A stretch of 48,346 nucleotides of DNA. Source: an uncultured Aquificales bacterium (GTDB lineage: Bacteria > Thermosulfidibacterota > Thermosulfidibacteria > Thermosulfidibacterales > Thermosulfidibacteraceae). Location of the stretch: assembly GCA_964453345.1 (NCBI GenBank), contig CAYVOC010000006.1:1-48346 (forward strand), written 5' to 3'. Below are positions 1 through 7,605 of the stretch, one piece after another. A program made the translations under genes and the position numbers. Each line of letters begins with the position of its first letter. Positions within the stretch are counted from its first letter, which is position 1. A model generated the notes under the pieces. The model had not been told where the DNA came from. It worked only from the letters and a program-made list of their open reading frames with translations, and did no database searches.

Positions 1-1
1 G

Positions 2-142
2 AGGCGGGACTTGTTCATAATTCCTGTGCTTGCGGCGCTCAGCATACCTGAGCATCTGGTGAACTACGCCAACAAGCGTGGCGTGTTGCTTGTGAAGATG
101 GGCGGGGATTATCTGGAAGCGTTGAATCCGGAGGTGGTGTGA
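2..142 (+). CDS. 3' end of a gene entering from the left edge; possibly a DUF3782/PD-(D/E)XK-like protein
   Basis: Frame 2 reads RRDLFIIPVLAALSIPEHLVNYANKRGVLLVKMGGDYLEALNPEVV* with TGA at 140-142. The family guess rests only on resemblance of the C-terminal YA.K.G..V...GG...LN pattern. Confidence 0.5.
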   Translation, partial: RRDLFIIPVLAALSIPEHLVNYANKRGVLLVKMGGDYLEALNPEVV

Positions 143-158
143 TCCTTGTGATGCTGAG

Positions 159-180
159 TGTCTTTGGCGTGAAGATGCCC
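159..180. repeat. Copy 1 of a degenerate intergenic 22-nt motif (copy 2 at 28350-28371)
   Basis: TGTCTTTGGCGTGAAGATGCCC vs TGTCTGTGGAGTGAAGATACCC, 19/22 identical. Each copy leads into an imperfect hairpin. Confidence 0.4.
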
Positions 181-228
181 TCCCGAGTATTGGGGAAAAT
201 TCACTAAACTGAACAAAGTCGGGAAGCT

Positions 229-2553
229 TTAGGCCATACTCAGGCGGCAGTATCTGGTGATTTTGGTGCATCTTGCGGTTTTGGGGTCTTCGAGGAGCTC
301 TTCAAGAAGCTTTAGTGGCTTGATGTTATTCTTTATGGTGATGATGATCCTGTCGGGTGTTTCTGTGTGGTTTGCCCTGTGCTCTTTAAGTATCTTTGGC
401 CATTCTTTTTTGAGCTTATCTTTGTCCACGACTATTCTGTAGGTTATCTCCCTTTTTGCCTTCCCTATGGATGGGGCGTTCTGGGGAAGTTTCTGGGCGG
501 AAATTATTCTGACGCCCTGGGGCAGGATGCTGTTCAGGTTAAGGATTTCCTTGAGGTCTGCCTGTTTCCACAGTCCTATCTCCACGGGCTCCAGGAGGCA
601 CTCTACGCCCAAGGGGACCGCTTCGGTGAAGGAGATGAGCGCATGTGGGGAAAAGCCCTGTGAGTAGGCTAAAGGGATCTTTGCCCTTCTCAGGCATCGG
701 TGAAGCAGGTTTTCGAAATCGTTCTGTCCTATGAGGCGCATATTTCCCTTTTTTTCGAGATATATGAGGAGCCTGTAGTTTCTTTTCCTTTTGAACAGGG
801 GAGGATGTTCAATTCTCGGCGGTGTTTTTGAGGTGAGCCTGAGGGGTGTATTTTTGCACACACCGCATCTTACACAACCGGGAAGGCATGGAGGCGTGAT
901 TTTTTCCCTGTAGGCCCTTTCCCGTTCCTTTAACAGATACTCCTTTTCTATGCCGTAATCTATGTGGTCCCAGGGAAGTCCCTTTTCAAATGGTATTTCG
1001 GGGGAGGGGGATGTGGGGTCTATTCCTTCTTCCAGCATGGCCCTTTCCCATGCGTTGTAATTGAAAAGCTCTCCCCACTGATCGAACCTTGCTCCGAGTT
1101 CAAAGGCCCTCAGGATCACCCTGTGAATGTTTTCGTCTCCCCTTGAGAGCAGGGCTTCCACAATGCTCTGTTTGGGATCGTGGTTTTTTATCTTTGCCCT
1201 GCTTTTTCTAAATCTGTCTTTGAGTTGTCTTATGGCCGTTTCGAAGTAGTGAAGGTCCCTCTGGGCCTCCCACTGGAAGGGTGTGTGGGGTTTGGGAACG
1301 AAGGGGGATACGGTGATGTTGAACTTCGGCCTTCTTGGGAGTCTTTTAGACATGGATAATATCTTCCCTATGAGGTTTCCTATGGCGTCCACATCCTCTT
1401 CGGTTTCCGTGGGCAGTCCTATCATGAAGTATAGCTTTATGGTCTGCCAGCCTGCATGGACTGCCTTTTCGACGGTTTCGTATATCTCTTCCTCGGTTAT
1501 GCTTTTGTTTATTACATCCCTCAATCTCTGGCTTCCCGCTTCGGGGGCTATGGTGAAGCCGGTTTTTTTCACGCCCTTTATGATCTCCATGATTCTGGGG
1601 GTGAGGGTGCCGGCCCTCAGTGAGGGTAGCGCCAGGGAAGTCAGAGTGGATTTTAGTAAAGGTTCCATGGCCACTATGAGTTCTTCTATTTTTGAGTAGT
1701 CCGTGGCGCTCAGAGAGAGGAGGGAAACCTGTTCGTATCCCGTTTTTTCAAGGCTTTCTTTCAGTATTTTTATAACCTCGTCTGGATCCCGCTCCCTTGT
1801 GGGGCGATAGATGAAGCCGGCGTGGCAGAATCTGCATCCCCTTGAGCAGCCCCTTGCTATCTCTATGGTTATGCGGCTGTGGGGTATCTCTATCAGTGGA
1901 ACCATGGGGATGGGGGGGCTTGCAGGATCTTCGCTTCGCTTTCTAATCGGGTATTTTTCGGGCGGAACCCATACCCCTTCCGTTTCTCTGAGAAGGGCGA
2001 GCCTGTCCCTTCTGCCTTTGACTTTGGCAAGTTTCTGTAGAATCTGGGCTATACCTTGATCCCACTCGCCTATGAAGAAGGCGTCAATAAAGGGGGATAG
2101 GGGAGACGGGTTTGATGTGCAGGGGCCTCCGGCTATGATTATGGGATGCCTTTCCCCCCGGTCCTCGCTAAACAGGGGAATGCGGGCGGCTTTTAAGAAC
2201 CACAGGATGTTTGTGTAGCACAGCTCGTAGTGCAGGGAGAAGCCGATCACGTCGTATTCCGATGCGGGCCTTTTTTCTTCAAGGCTCCAGATGGGTATGT
2301 TTCTCTTAAGAATATAGTCGAGCATGTCGTTTGCAGGGAGAAAGGCCCTGTGACAGAGAAGTTCAGGGGATCTGTTTATTGAACTGTAGATGAGCTGATA
2401 GCCGTAGCTGGACATGCCGATTTCGTAGGTGTCTGGATATACGAGCAGAACCCTTAACTTTGCTGTGTCCCAGCCCTTTTTGGGGATGTTTATTTCGCCG
2501 TTTATGTATCTTGCAGGTTTTTGAAATAGGGGGAGAATCTTGAGGATGCCCAT
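229..2553 (-). CDS. TIGR03960-type B12-binding radical SAM protein fused to a TIGR03936/DUF2344-like domain
   Basis: KPARYINGE and YPDTYEIGMS N-terminus; GCSRGCRFC radical SAM motif; APEAGSQRLR; PFVPKPHTPFQW; CLPGCVRCGVC; C-terminal RRAKIPLAYSQGFSPH domain. Confidence 0.9.
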   Translation of the reverse strand: MGILKILPLFQKPARYINGEINIPKKGWDTAKLRVLLVYPDTYEIGMSSYGYQLIYSSINRSPELLCHRAFLPANDMLDYILKRNIPIWSLEEKRPASEYDVIGFSLHYELCYTNILWFLKAARIPLFSEDRGERHPIIIAGGPCTSNPSPLSPFIDAFFIGEWDQGIAQILQKLAKVKGRRDRLALLRETEGVWVPPEKYPIRKRSEDPASPPIPMVPLIEIPHSRITIEIARGCSRGCRFCHAGFIYRPTRERDPDEVIKILKESLEKTGYEQVSLLSLSATDYSKIEELIVAMEPLLKSTLTSLALPSLRAGTLTPRIMEIIKGVKKTGFTIAPEAGSQRLRDVINKSITEEEIYETVEKAVHAGWQTIKLYFMIGLPTETEEDVDAIGNLIGKILSMSKRLPRRPKFNITVSPFVPKPHTPFQWEAQRDLHYFETAIRQLKDRFRKSRAKIKNHDPKQSIVEALLSRGDENIHRVILRAFELGARFDQWGELFNYNAWERAMLEEGIDPTSPSPEIPFEKGLPWDHIDYGIEKEYLLKERERAYREKITPPCLPGCVRCGVCKNTPLRLTSKTPPRIEHPPLFKRKRNYRLLIYLEKKGNMRLIGQNDFENLLHRCLRRAKIPLAYSQGFSPHALISFTEAVPLGVECLLEPVEIGLWKQADLKEILNLNSILPQGVRIISAQKLPQNAPSIGKAKREITYRIVVDKDKLKKEWPKILKEHRANHTETPDRIIITIKNNIKPLKLLEELLEDPKTARCTKITRYCRLSMA

Positions 2554-3620
2554 TACCGGCTGCTCTGGGTTATTATTCTGGTTATGTCGTTATACATGGC
2601 GAGAAGCATGAGCAGAACGATTATGGCTATTCCCACCTTCTGTATGGCTTCCTTTGCTTCATCGCTCAGGGGTCTTCTGCGCACAGCTTCTATTACAAAG
2701 AGCACTATCTGACCGCCGTCAAGTATGGGTATGGGGAAGAGGTTGATTATGCCAAGGTTCACGCTTATCAGGGCTGTGAAGAGCAAGAACTGCAGCATCC
2801 CTGAGCTTGCCTGCTTGGATGCCATCTGGACTATCATGATGGGGCCGCCAACGGATTTGAAGGAGACCTTGCGGGTGATAAGCTTTATAAGGCCCTTTAT
2901 GGTCAGCGCCGTCATTTTGTAGGTCTGCTCTGCGGACACGAAAATGGCCTTTAACGGATCGTATCTCTTTGTGAAGGTGGAGCCTGAGGGGAATATGCCG
3001 ATGAGTCCCACCTCTTTTTCTTCTCCAAAGACGGTTTTTATGGTTTTCTTTTGGGTTTTCAGTGTTAGTGTAAGTTTCTGCTTCCCTCTTTTTATAGTGA
3101 TGGTTATTCTCTTTCCGGGCAGGGAGTGGATGATTCTGGCGAGGTCACCCCAGCTTCCAACGCTTTCGCCATTGACGGCCAGAATGAGGTCTCCCGGCTT
3201 GAGTCCGGCCTTTTCCGCCGGTGAGTTTTTTACAATTTTGCCTATTTCGGGCTTCAGCGCCGGGGTGCCGTGAACATTCACGCACCACACGAGGAACCAG
3301 GCGAACAAGAGGTTTGCGAGGGGCCCAGCCAGAACCACAAGGATCTTATGCCAGGTGGGCCTGAGGGAGAAGCTTCTCGGGGCGAGTTCAGGATCCAGCT
3401 CTTCTCCCGGTTCCTCTCCGTATAGCTTGACGTATCCACCGAGGGGAACAGCCGATAGGGCGTATTCGGTTTCCCCCAGTTTTATCCCTAATAGCTTTGG
3501 CCCGAAGCCGATGGAGAACCTCTCGACGTAAATTCCAAGGAACTTTGCTACAAGGAAATGCCCCAGTTCATGAACGAATATCAGGACTCCGAGGGCGAGT
3601 ATCGCCAGAATAAGAGGCAT
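2553..3620 (-). CDS. rseP: RIP metalloprotease RseP (site-2 protease with PDZ domain)
   Basis: HELGH zinc motif, FSIGFGP, PLGGYVKL, AGPLAN, PDZ (SPAEKAGLKPGD), NLFPIPILDGG; SD AGGAGG. Confidence 0.95.
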   Translation of the reverse strand: MPLILAILALGVLIFVHELGHFLVAKFLGIYVERFSIGFGPKLLGIKLGETEYALSAVPLGGYVKLYGEEPGEELDPELAPRSFSLRPTWHKILVVLAGPLANLLFAWFLVWCVNVHGTPALKPEIGKIVKNSPAEKAGLKPGDLILAVNGESVGSWGDLARIIHSLPGKRITITIKRGKQKLTLTLKTQKKTIKTVFGEEKEVGLIGIFPSGSTFTKRYDPLKAIFVSAEQTYKMTALTIKGLIKLITRKVSFKSVGGPIMIVQMASKQASSGMLQFLLFTALISVNLGIINLFPIPILDGGQIVLFVIEAVRRRPLSDEAKEAIQKVGIAIIVLLMLLAMYNDITRIITQSSR

Positions 3621-3639
3621 TCAAACCTCCTGATGGGGA

Positions 3640-3998
3640 GGGAGAAAGGAGCTTGCCCCCGGCTTGGCTAATTTCTGTCAGTTACTTCTTTTCTACATTA
3701 GCAGCCTGGGGACCCTTAGCCCCTTCTACTATATCGAACTCCACCTCCTGGCCCTCGCTCAGAGTCTTGAACCCGGGCTCGTTGATGGCAGAGTAGTGAA
3801 CGAACACATCCGTGCCCGTATCGTCCCTGGTTATAAAACCATATCCCTTCTTCTCGTTGAACCACTTAACCTTACCGCTATACCTCATGATACCTAAAAC
3901 CTCCTAAAAATTTTGAAAAATTTGATAGTTTGGGAATTCCCCGGAGGGAACTCAAAGGAATGTGTTGCCGGGTGTTGCAAGTAAATCTCCTTTCTCCC
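3640..3998 (-). repeat. Segmented long-range inverted repeat bracketing the csp gene (arms 3640-3663 and 3967-3998)
   Basis: 3640-3651 GGGAGAAAGGAG is the exact reverse complement of 3987-3998. Also 3652-3656 pairs with 3977-3981, and 3658-3663 pairs with 3967-3972. Confidence 0.8.
3682..3888 (-). CDS. cspA: Cold-shock protein (CspA family)
   Basis: [15 protein letters not shown] (RNP1), DVFVHYSAI (RNP2), GFKTL.EGQ.V.F, GPQAANV; 68 aa. Confidence 0.95.
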   Translation of the reverse strand: MRYSGKVKWFNEKKGYGFITRDDTGTDVFVHYSAINEPGFKTLSEGQEVEFDIVEGAKGPQAANVEKK

Positions 3999-4016
3999 CA
4001 AAAGTTGCTGATCAAC

Positions 4017-4045
4017 TATCTATGCCCTGCTCAAGGCAAAGTCAA
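4017..4045 (-). promoter_or_regulatory. Putative sigma70 promoter for csp, implying a ~120-nt leader
   Basis: Minus strand TTGACT-17 nt-TAGATA, just downstream of the rubredoxin terminator. Confidence 0.5.
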
Positions 4046-4054
4046 GCTTTTTTG

Positions 4055-4081
4055 AAAAAATAGGGCGGCTCATGCCGCCCT
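4055..4081 (-). terminator. Rho-independent terminator after rubredoxin
   Basis: Minus strand AGGGCGGC-ATGA-GCCGCCCT followed by ATTTTTT. Confidence 0.85.
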
Positions 4082-4088
4082 TGCTTTT

Positions 4089-4247
4089 TTATTGTTCTTT
4101 GAACTGGCTTTTGGGGGCGCCGCATACGGGGCACACCCATGTATCCGGGAGCTGGTCAAAGGGTGTTCCGGGGGCTATGTCCTGTGAAGGATCACCCTTT
4201 GCCGGATCATATACATACCCGCAAATTTCACAGACATATCTTTTCAT
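4089..4247 (-). CDS. Rubredoxin
   Basis: True start ATG 4247 with [23 protein letters not shown]...[10 protein letters not shown], two CxxC motifs, 52 aa. Confidence 0.95.
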   Translation of the reverse strand: MKRYVCEICGYVYDPAKGDPSQDIAPGTPFDQLPDTWVCPVCGAPKSQFKEQ

Positions 4248-4270
4248 TTTTGGCCTCCTTAAAAGGTTAT

Positions 4271-5185
4271 TTACTCCACGTAATCGAGCCAGTGTTGATA
4301 CTTGGGTTCCATTCCCCTTACAACTCTGAAGAAAACCTCCTGCAGCTTCCTGGTTATGGGACCCGGTTCTCCCGCTCCTATGATTCTTCTGTCCACCTCT
4401 CTGACAGGGGTTATCTCTGCCGCTGTTCCGCACAAAAATAGCTCGTCGGCTATGTAGACCTCGTCCCTGGTGATCTTTTCTTCTCTTACCTCAAGGCCGA
4501 GATCCCTTGCTATGGTTATCACGCTGTCCCTGGTGATTCCCTCGAGTATGCCCAGGGGAGGCGGGGTCTTTATCACGCCCTTTCTGACGATGAACACATT
4601 TTCACCGCTTCCCTCGGATACCGTCCCGTCAACATCCAGCATGAGCGCTTCATCGTATCCTTCTTCAAGGGCCTCTATTTTGGCAAGCTGTGAGTTCACA
4701 TAGTTTCCGCACACCTTGGCCTTTGTCATGGAGATGTTCACGTGGTGCCTCGTGAAGGAGGATATTTTGCACCTTATCCCCTTTTTGAGCCCCTCCTCTC
4801 CCAGATAGGCTCCCCATTCCCAGACGATGATGGCAACATTCACCTCGTTCTTCAAAGGATACAGGCCCATGGCCCCCATGCCGTAGAAGACTATGGGGCG
4901 TATGTAGCACTCGGTGAGCTTGTTGGCCTTTATGGTTTCAAAGATGGCCTGCCTGATCTCCTCCTGGGAGTAGGGAATCTTCATGTAGACGATCTTTGCG
5001 GAGTTGAAGAGCCTTTCAATGTGCTCGTGGTTTCTGAATATGGCGGGTCCCTTTTCCGTCTTATAGCACCTTATCCCCTCAAAAACTCCGAGTCCGTAAT
5101 GGAGGGTGTGGGTGAGGATGTGGACCTTGGCATCCTCCCACTTTATAAGCTCTCCGTTGAACCAGATGTAATCAGCCTTTACCAT
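4271..5185 (-). CDS. ilvE: Branched-chain amino acid aminotransferase
   Basis: [22 protein letters not shown] (PLP Lys), [23 protein letters not shown]. Confidence 0.95.
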   Translation of the reverse strand: MVKADYIWFNGELIKWEDAKVHILTHTLHYGLGVFEGIRCYKTEKGPAIFRNHEHIERLFNSAKIVYMKIPYSQEEIRQAIFETIKANKLTECYIRPIVFYGMGAMGLYPLKNEVNVAIIVWEWGAYLGEEGLKKGIRCKISSFTRHHVNISMTKAKVCGNYVNSQLAKIEALEEGYDEALMLDVDGTVSEGSGENVFIVRKGVIKTPPPLGILEGITRDSVITIARDLGLEVREEKITRDEVYIADELFLCGTAAEITPVREVDRRIIGAGEPGPITRKLQEVFFRVVRGMEPKYQHWLDYVE

Positions 5186-5194
5186 GACCTCCTC

Positions 5195-5515
5195 CTACCG
5201 ATACTCTTCCCTTGGGGGTGAGAATACGTCCAAAACTACGGTCTTTTCAAGGGCCTTCCCACTGTGGGGAACATTAGCAGGGGCACGGTATCCTTCCCCT
5301 GCGGACAGGATGCGTTCTTCGTCGCCAACTTTAAGCAGAATTTTCCCCTCCAGAACCGTTCCCATCTGCTCGTGGGGGTGGCTGTGGGTGGGTATTTCGG
5401 CACCCGGTTCAAGCTCAAATAGCACCATCTGGATGTTTTCCCCGGTAAAGACGCGCATTTTTACGCCGTGGAGGGGCTCTTTTGTCTCAAGCTCCTCCCA
5501 TTTGAAGAACATCAC
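5195..5515 (-). CDS. Cupin-domain protein
   Basis: HSHPHEQ...VLEG and PANVPH cupin metal motifs; DVFSPPRE C-terminus. Confidence 0.9.
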   Translation of the reverse strand: MMFFKWEELETKEPLHGVKMRVFTGENIQMVLFELEPGAEIPTHSHPHEQMGTVLEGKILLKVGDEERILSAGEGYRAPANVPHSGKALEKTVVLDVFSPPREEYR

Positions 5516-6069
5516 TTCCTCCAGGGATTGCCGAAGTAGTTGAGATGGGTAAACTCCGTGATCTCCCTTCTTTTGGGTGCCGGGGGATTCTGATCGGGAT
5601 ATCCTACAGGTATGATTTCCACCACCTCATACCCCTCGGGAACCTTCAGTATTTCGGCTGCCTTCTTGTGATCAAAAAGTCCCACGTGCACAGTCCCCAG
5701 TCCCAGGGCCCAGGCGGCAAGCACCGCATGCTCTAATGCTATGCCCATGTCAAACATATACCAGTCTCCCTTGTCGGTTGTGACCTTGCCTTTGTAAAAG
5801 CCGGATGTGTTGCGCTTGGCTACACCTACGAGAAGCACGGGGGCCTGACCGCAGGCCTTGTAGGCCGGGTTGTTGGGGGGAAGGGTTTCCTGAAGCTGCT
5901 TCTTTATTTCGGGATCCTTAACCACGATGATCTCCCAGCACTGGGTGTTTGCCCAGGATGGTGCCCATTTCACCGCTTCAAGTATCTTCTCAATGGCGTC
6001 ATCGGGAACAGGATCCTCTTTGAACTTCCTTATGCTTCTTCTTGTCCTTATTACCTCCCAGAAGTCCAT
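5512..6069 (-). CDS. Nitroreductase-family protein
   Basis: [31 protein letters not shown]. Confidence 0.9.
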   Translation of the reverse strand: MDFWEVIRTRRSIRKFKEDPVPDDAIEKILEAVKWAPSWANTQCWEIIVVKDPEIKKQLQETLPPNNPAYKACGQAPVLLVGVAKRNTSGFYKGKVTTDKGDWYMFDMGIALEHAVLAAWALGLGTVHVGLFDHKKAAEILKVPEGYEVVEIIPVGYPDQNPPAPKRREITEFTHLNYFGNPWRK

Positions 6070-6081
6070 GGGTGCCCTCCT

Positions 6082-7497
6082 TCAGGTGTTGTTTTTTATA
6101 AACTCTGCAGCCTTTCTTATTCTCTTGATAACCTCCTCTTTTCCGGTCAAAAGGATGATTTCGTGAAGCCCCGGGCTTACCGTTCGCCCTGTTATGGCCA
6201 AGCGCACGGGCTGGGCCACCGCCTTCAGCTTTATGTTGAACCTTTCAAGGACCCTCTGGAAGATTTCGTCTATGGCATCTCTATCAAATCTCGGGTGCTT
6301 CTCAAGCTCCTCGGCTATTGCTTCAAGGTATGTGGCGGTTTCCGGCTTTTTGAAGAATTTTTTCACCCCCTTCTCATCGTAGCTTTCCGGTGCCTTGAAG
6401 AGAAAATCGCACTGGTGGGCCATCTCTTTTAGGGTCTTTGCCCTTTCTCTAAAGGCAACAACCACCTCTTTGAGCCAATCTCTGTCGATTTGCGCTTCCG
6501 GTTCAACTATTCCTTCCTTCTTCAAAAATTCCTCCAGCAGTTCAGCCAGCTTATCCACCGGGTAGGTCTTTATGTAGTGATGGTTGAGCCAGAGAAGCTT
6601 TTCGGGGTTGAAGACGGCCGGGGATTTCCCCACCGCTTCAAGGGTGAACAGCTCTATCAGCTCCTCTTTGCTGAATATTTCCTGGTCCCCGTGGGACCAG
6701 CCGAGTCTGACCAGGAAGTTGAACAGGGCTTCGGGCAGATACCCCTCCTCTTTGTAGGCCATGACGCTTGTTGCGCCGTGCCGCTTGCTCAGCTTTGTTC
6801 TGTCGGGTCCTAAGATCATGGGGACATGGGCGAATTTGGGGATGGGGTATCCAAGCGCCTCATACAGCTGTATCTGTTTTGGAGTGTTGTTCAGATGATC
6901 GTCTCCCCTTATCACATGGGTTATTCCCATGGTGGCGTCATCCACCACCACCACGAAGTTGTAGGTTGGAGTTCCGTCCGATCTTACGATTATGAAGTCG
7001 TCAAGCTGGCTGTTGGGGTAGCGTATCTCGCCCTTTATTATATCCTGGAATACGGTCTCCCCCTCGTTGTTCACCTTGAACCTTATAACCGGATTGACCC
7101 CGGGCCTGGGTTCCTTTCTGTTGCGGCATCTGCCGTCATACTTGGGGATGCCGAATCTCTTTTTGCTTTCCTCCCTTATCTGCTCAAGCTCCTCGGGGGT
7201 GCAGTAGCAGTAGTAGGCCTTGCCCTCTTTGATCAATCTTTCAGCCTCTTTTCTGTATAGCTCCAGCCTCTCGGTTTGCCTGTAGGGGCCTTCGTCCCAG
7301 TCCAGCCCCAGCCACATCAGCGCCTCTATGATCTCCCTTATGGATTCTTCGGTGGACCTGCTTCTGTCGGTGTCTTCAATCCTTAAAACGAACTTGCCTC
7401 TGTTGTGCCTTGCGAAGAGCCAGTTGAATATGGCCGTTCTGGCTCCTCCGATGTGCAGGTGGCCTGTGGGACTTGGTGCGAACCTGACCTTTACCAA
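6082..7497 (-). CDS. gltX: Glutamate--tRNA ligase
   Basis: [13 protein letters not shown] (HIGH), [22 protein letters not shown] (KMSKS); TTG start with SD GGAGG. Confidence 0.97.
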   Translation of the reverse strand: MVKVRFAPSPTGHLHIGGARTAIFNWLFARHNRGKFVLRIEDTDRSRSTEESIREIIEALMWLGLDWDEGPYRQTERLELYRKEAERLIKEGKAYYCYCTPEELEQIREESKKRFGIPKYDGRCRNRKEPRPGVNPVIRFKVNNEGETVFQDIIKGEIRYPNSQLDDFIIVRSDGTPTYNFVVVVDDATMGITHVIRGDDHLNNTPKQIQLYEALGYPIPKFAHVPMILGPDRTKLSKRHGATSVMAYKEEGYLPEALFNFLVRLGWSHGDQEIFSKEELIELFTLEAVGKSPAVFNPEKLLWLNHHYIKTYPVDKLAELLEEFLKKEGIVEPEAQIDRDWLKEVVVAFRERAKTLKEMAHQCDFLFKAPESYDEKGVKKFFKKPETATYLEAIAEELEKHPRFDRDAIDEIFQRVLERFNIKLKAVAQPVRLAITGRTVSPGLHEIILLTGKEEVIKRIRKAAEFIKNNT

Positions 7498-7539
7498 CGG
7501 ATTACCTCCCGATGAAAGTTGTTTGATGCGGTTATGAAA

Positions 7540-7598
7540 GTTTTAGACTTGTGCGCCTGCTTAGTCAACTTGCTACACCCGGATCTCTGGGATATACG
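7540..7598. promoter_or_regulatory. Divergent sigma70-like promoters for gltX and mutS2
   Basis: Minus strand: TTGACT(7568-7563)-17-TAAAAC(7545-7540). Plus strand: TTGCTA(7570-7575)-17-TATACG(7593-7598), 7 nt before the mutS2 ATG. Confidence 0.45.
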
Positions 7599-7605
7599 AA
7601 ACGGT

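Noticed and set aside
4248-4433. N-terminal extensions in the ORF track (rubredoxin, mutS2, thyX, kamA, truD, MNT, Clp1-like) as domain fusions
   Set aside because: The extensions overlap neighbouring genes or promoters; family homology and SDs begin at the downstream starts.
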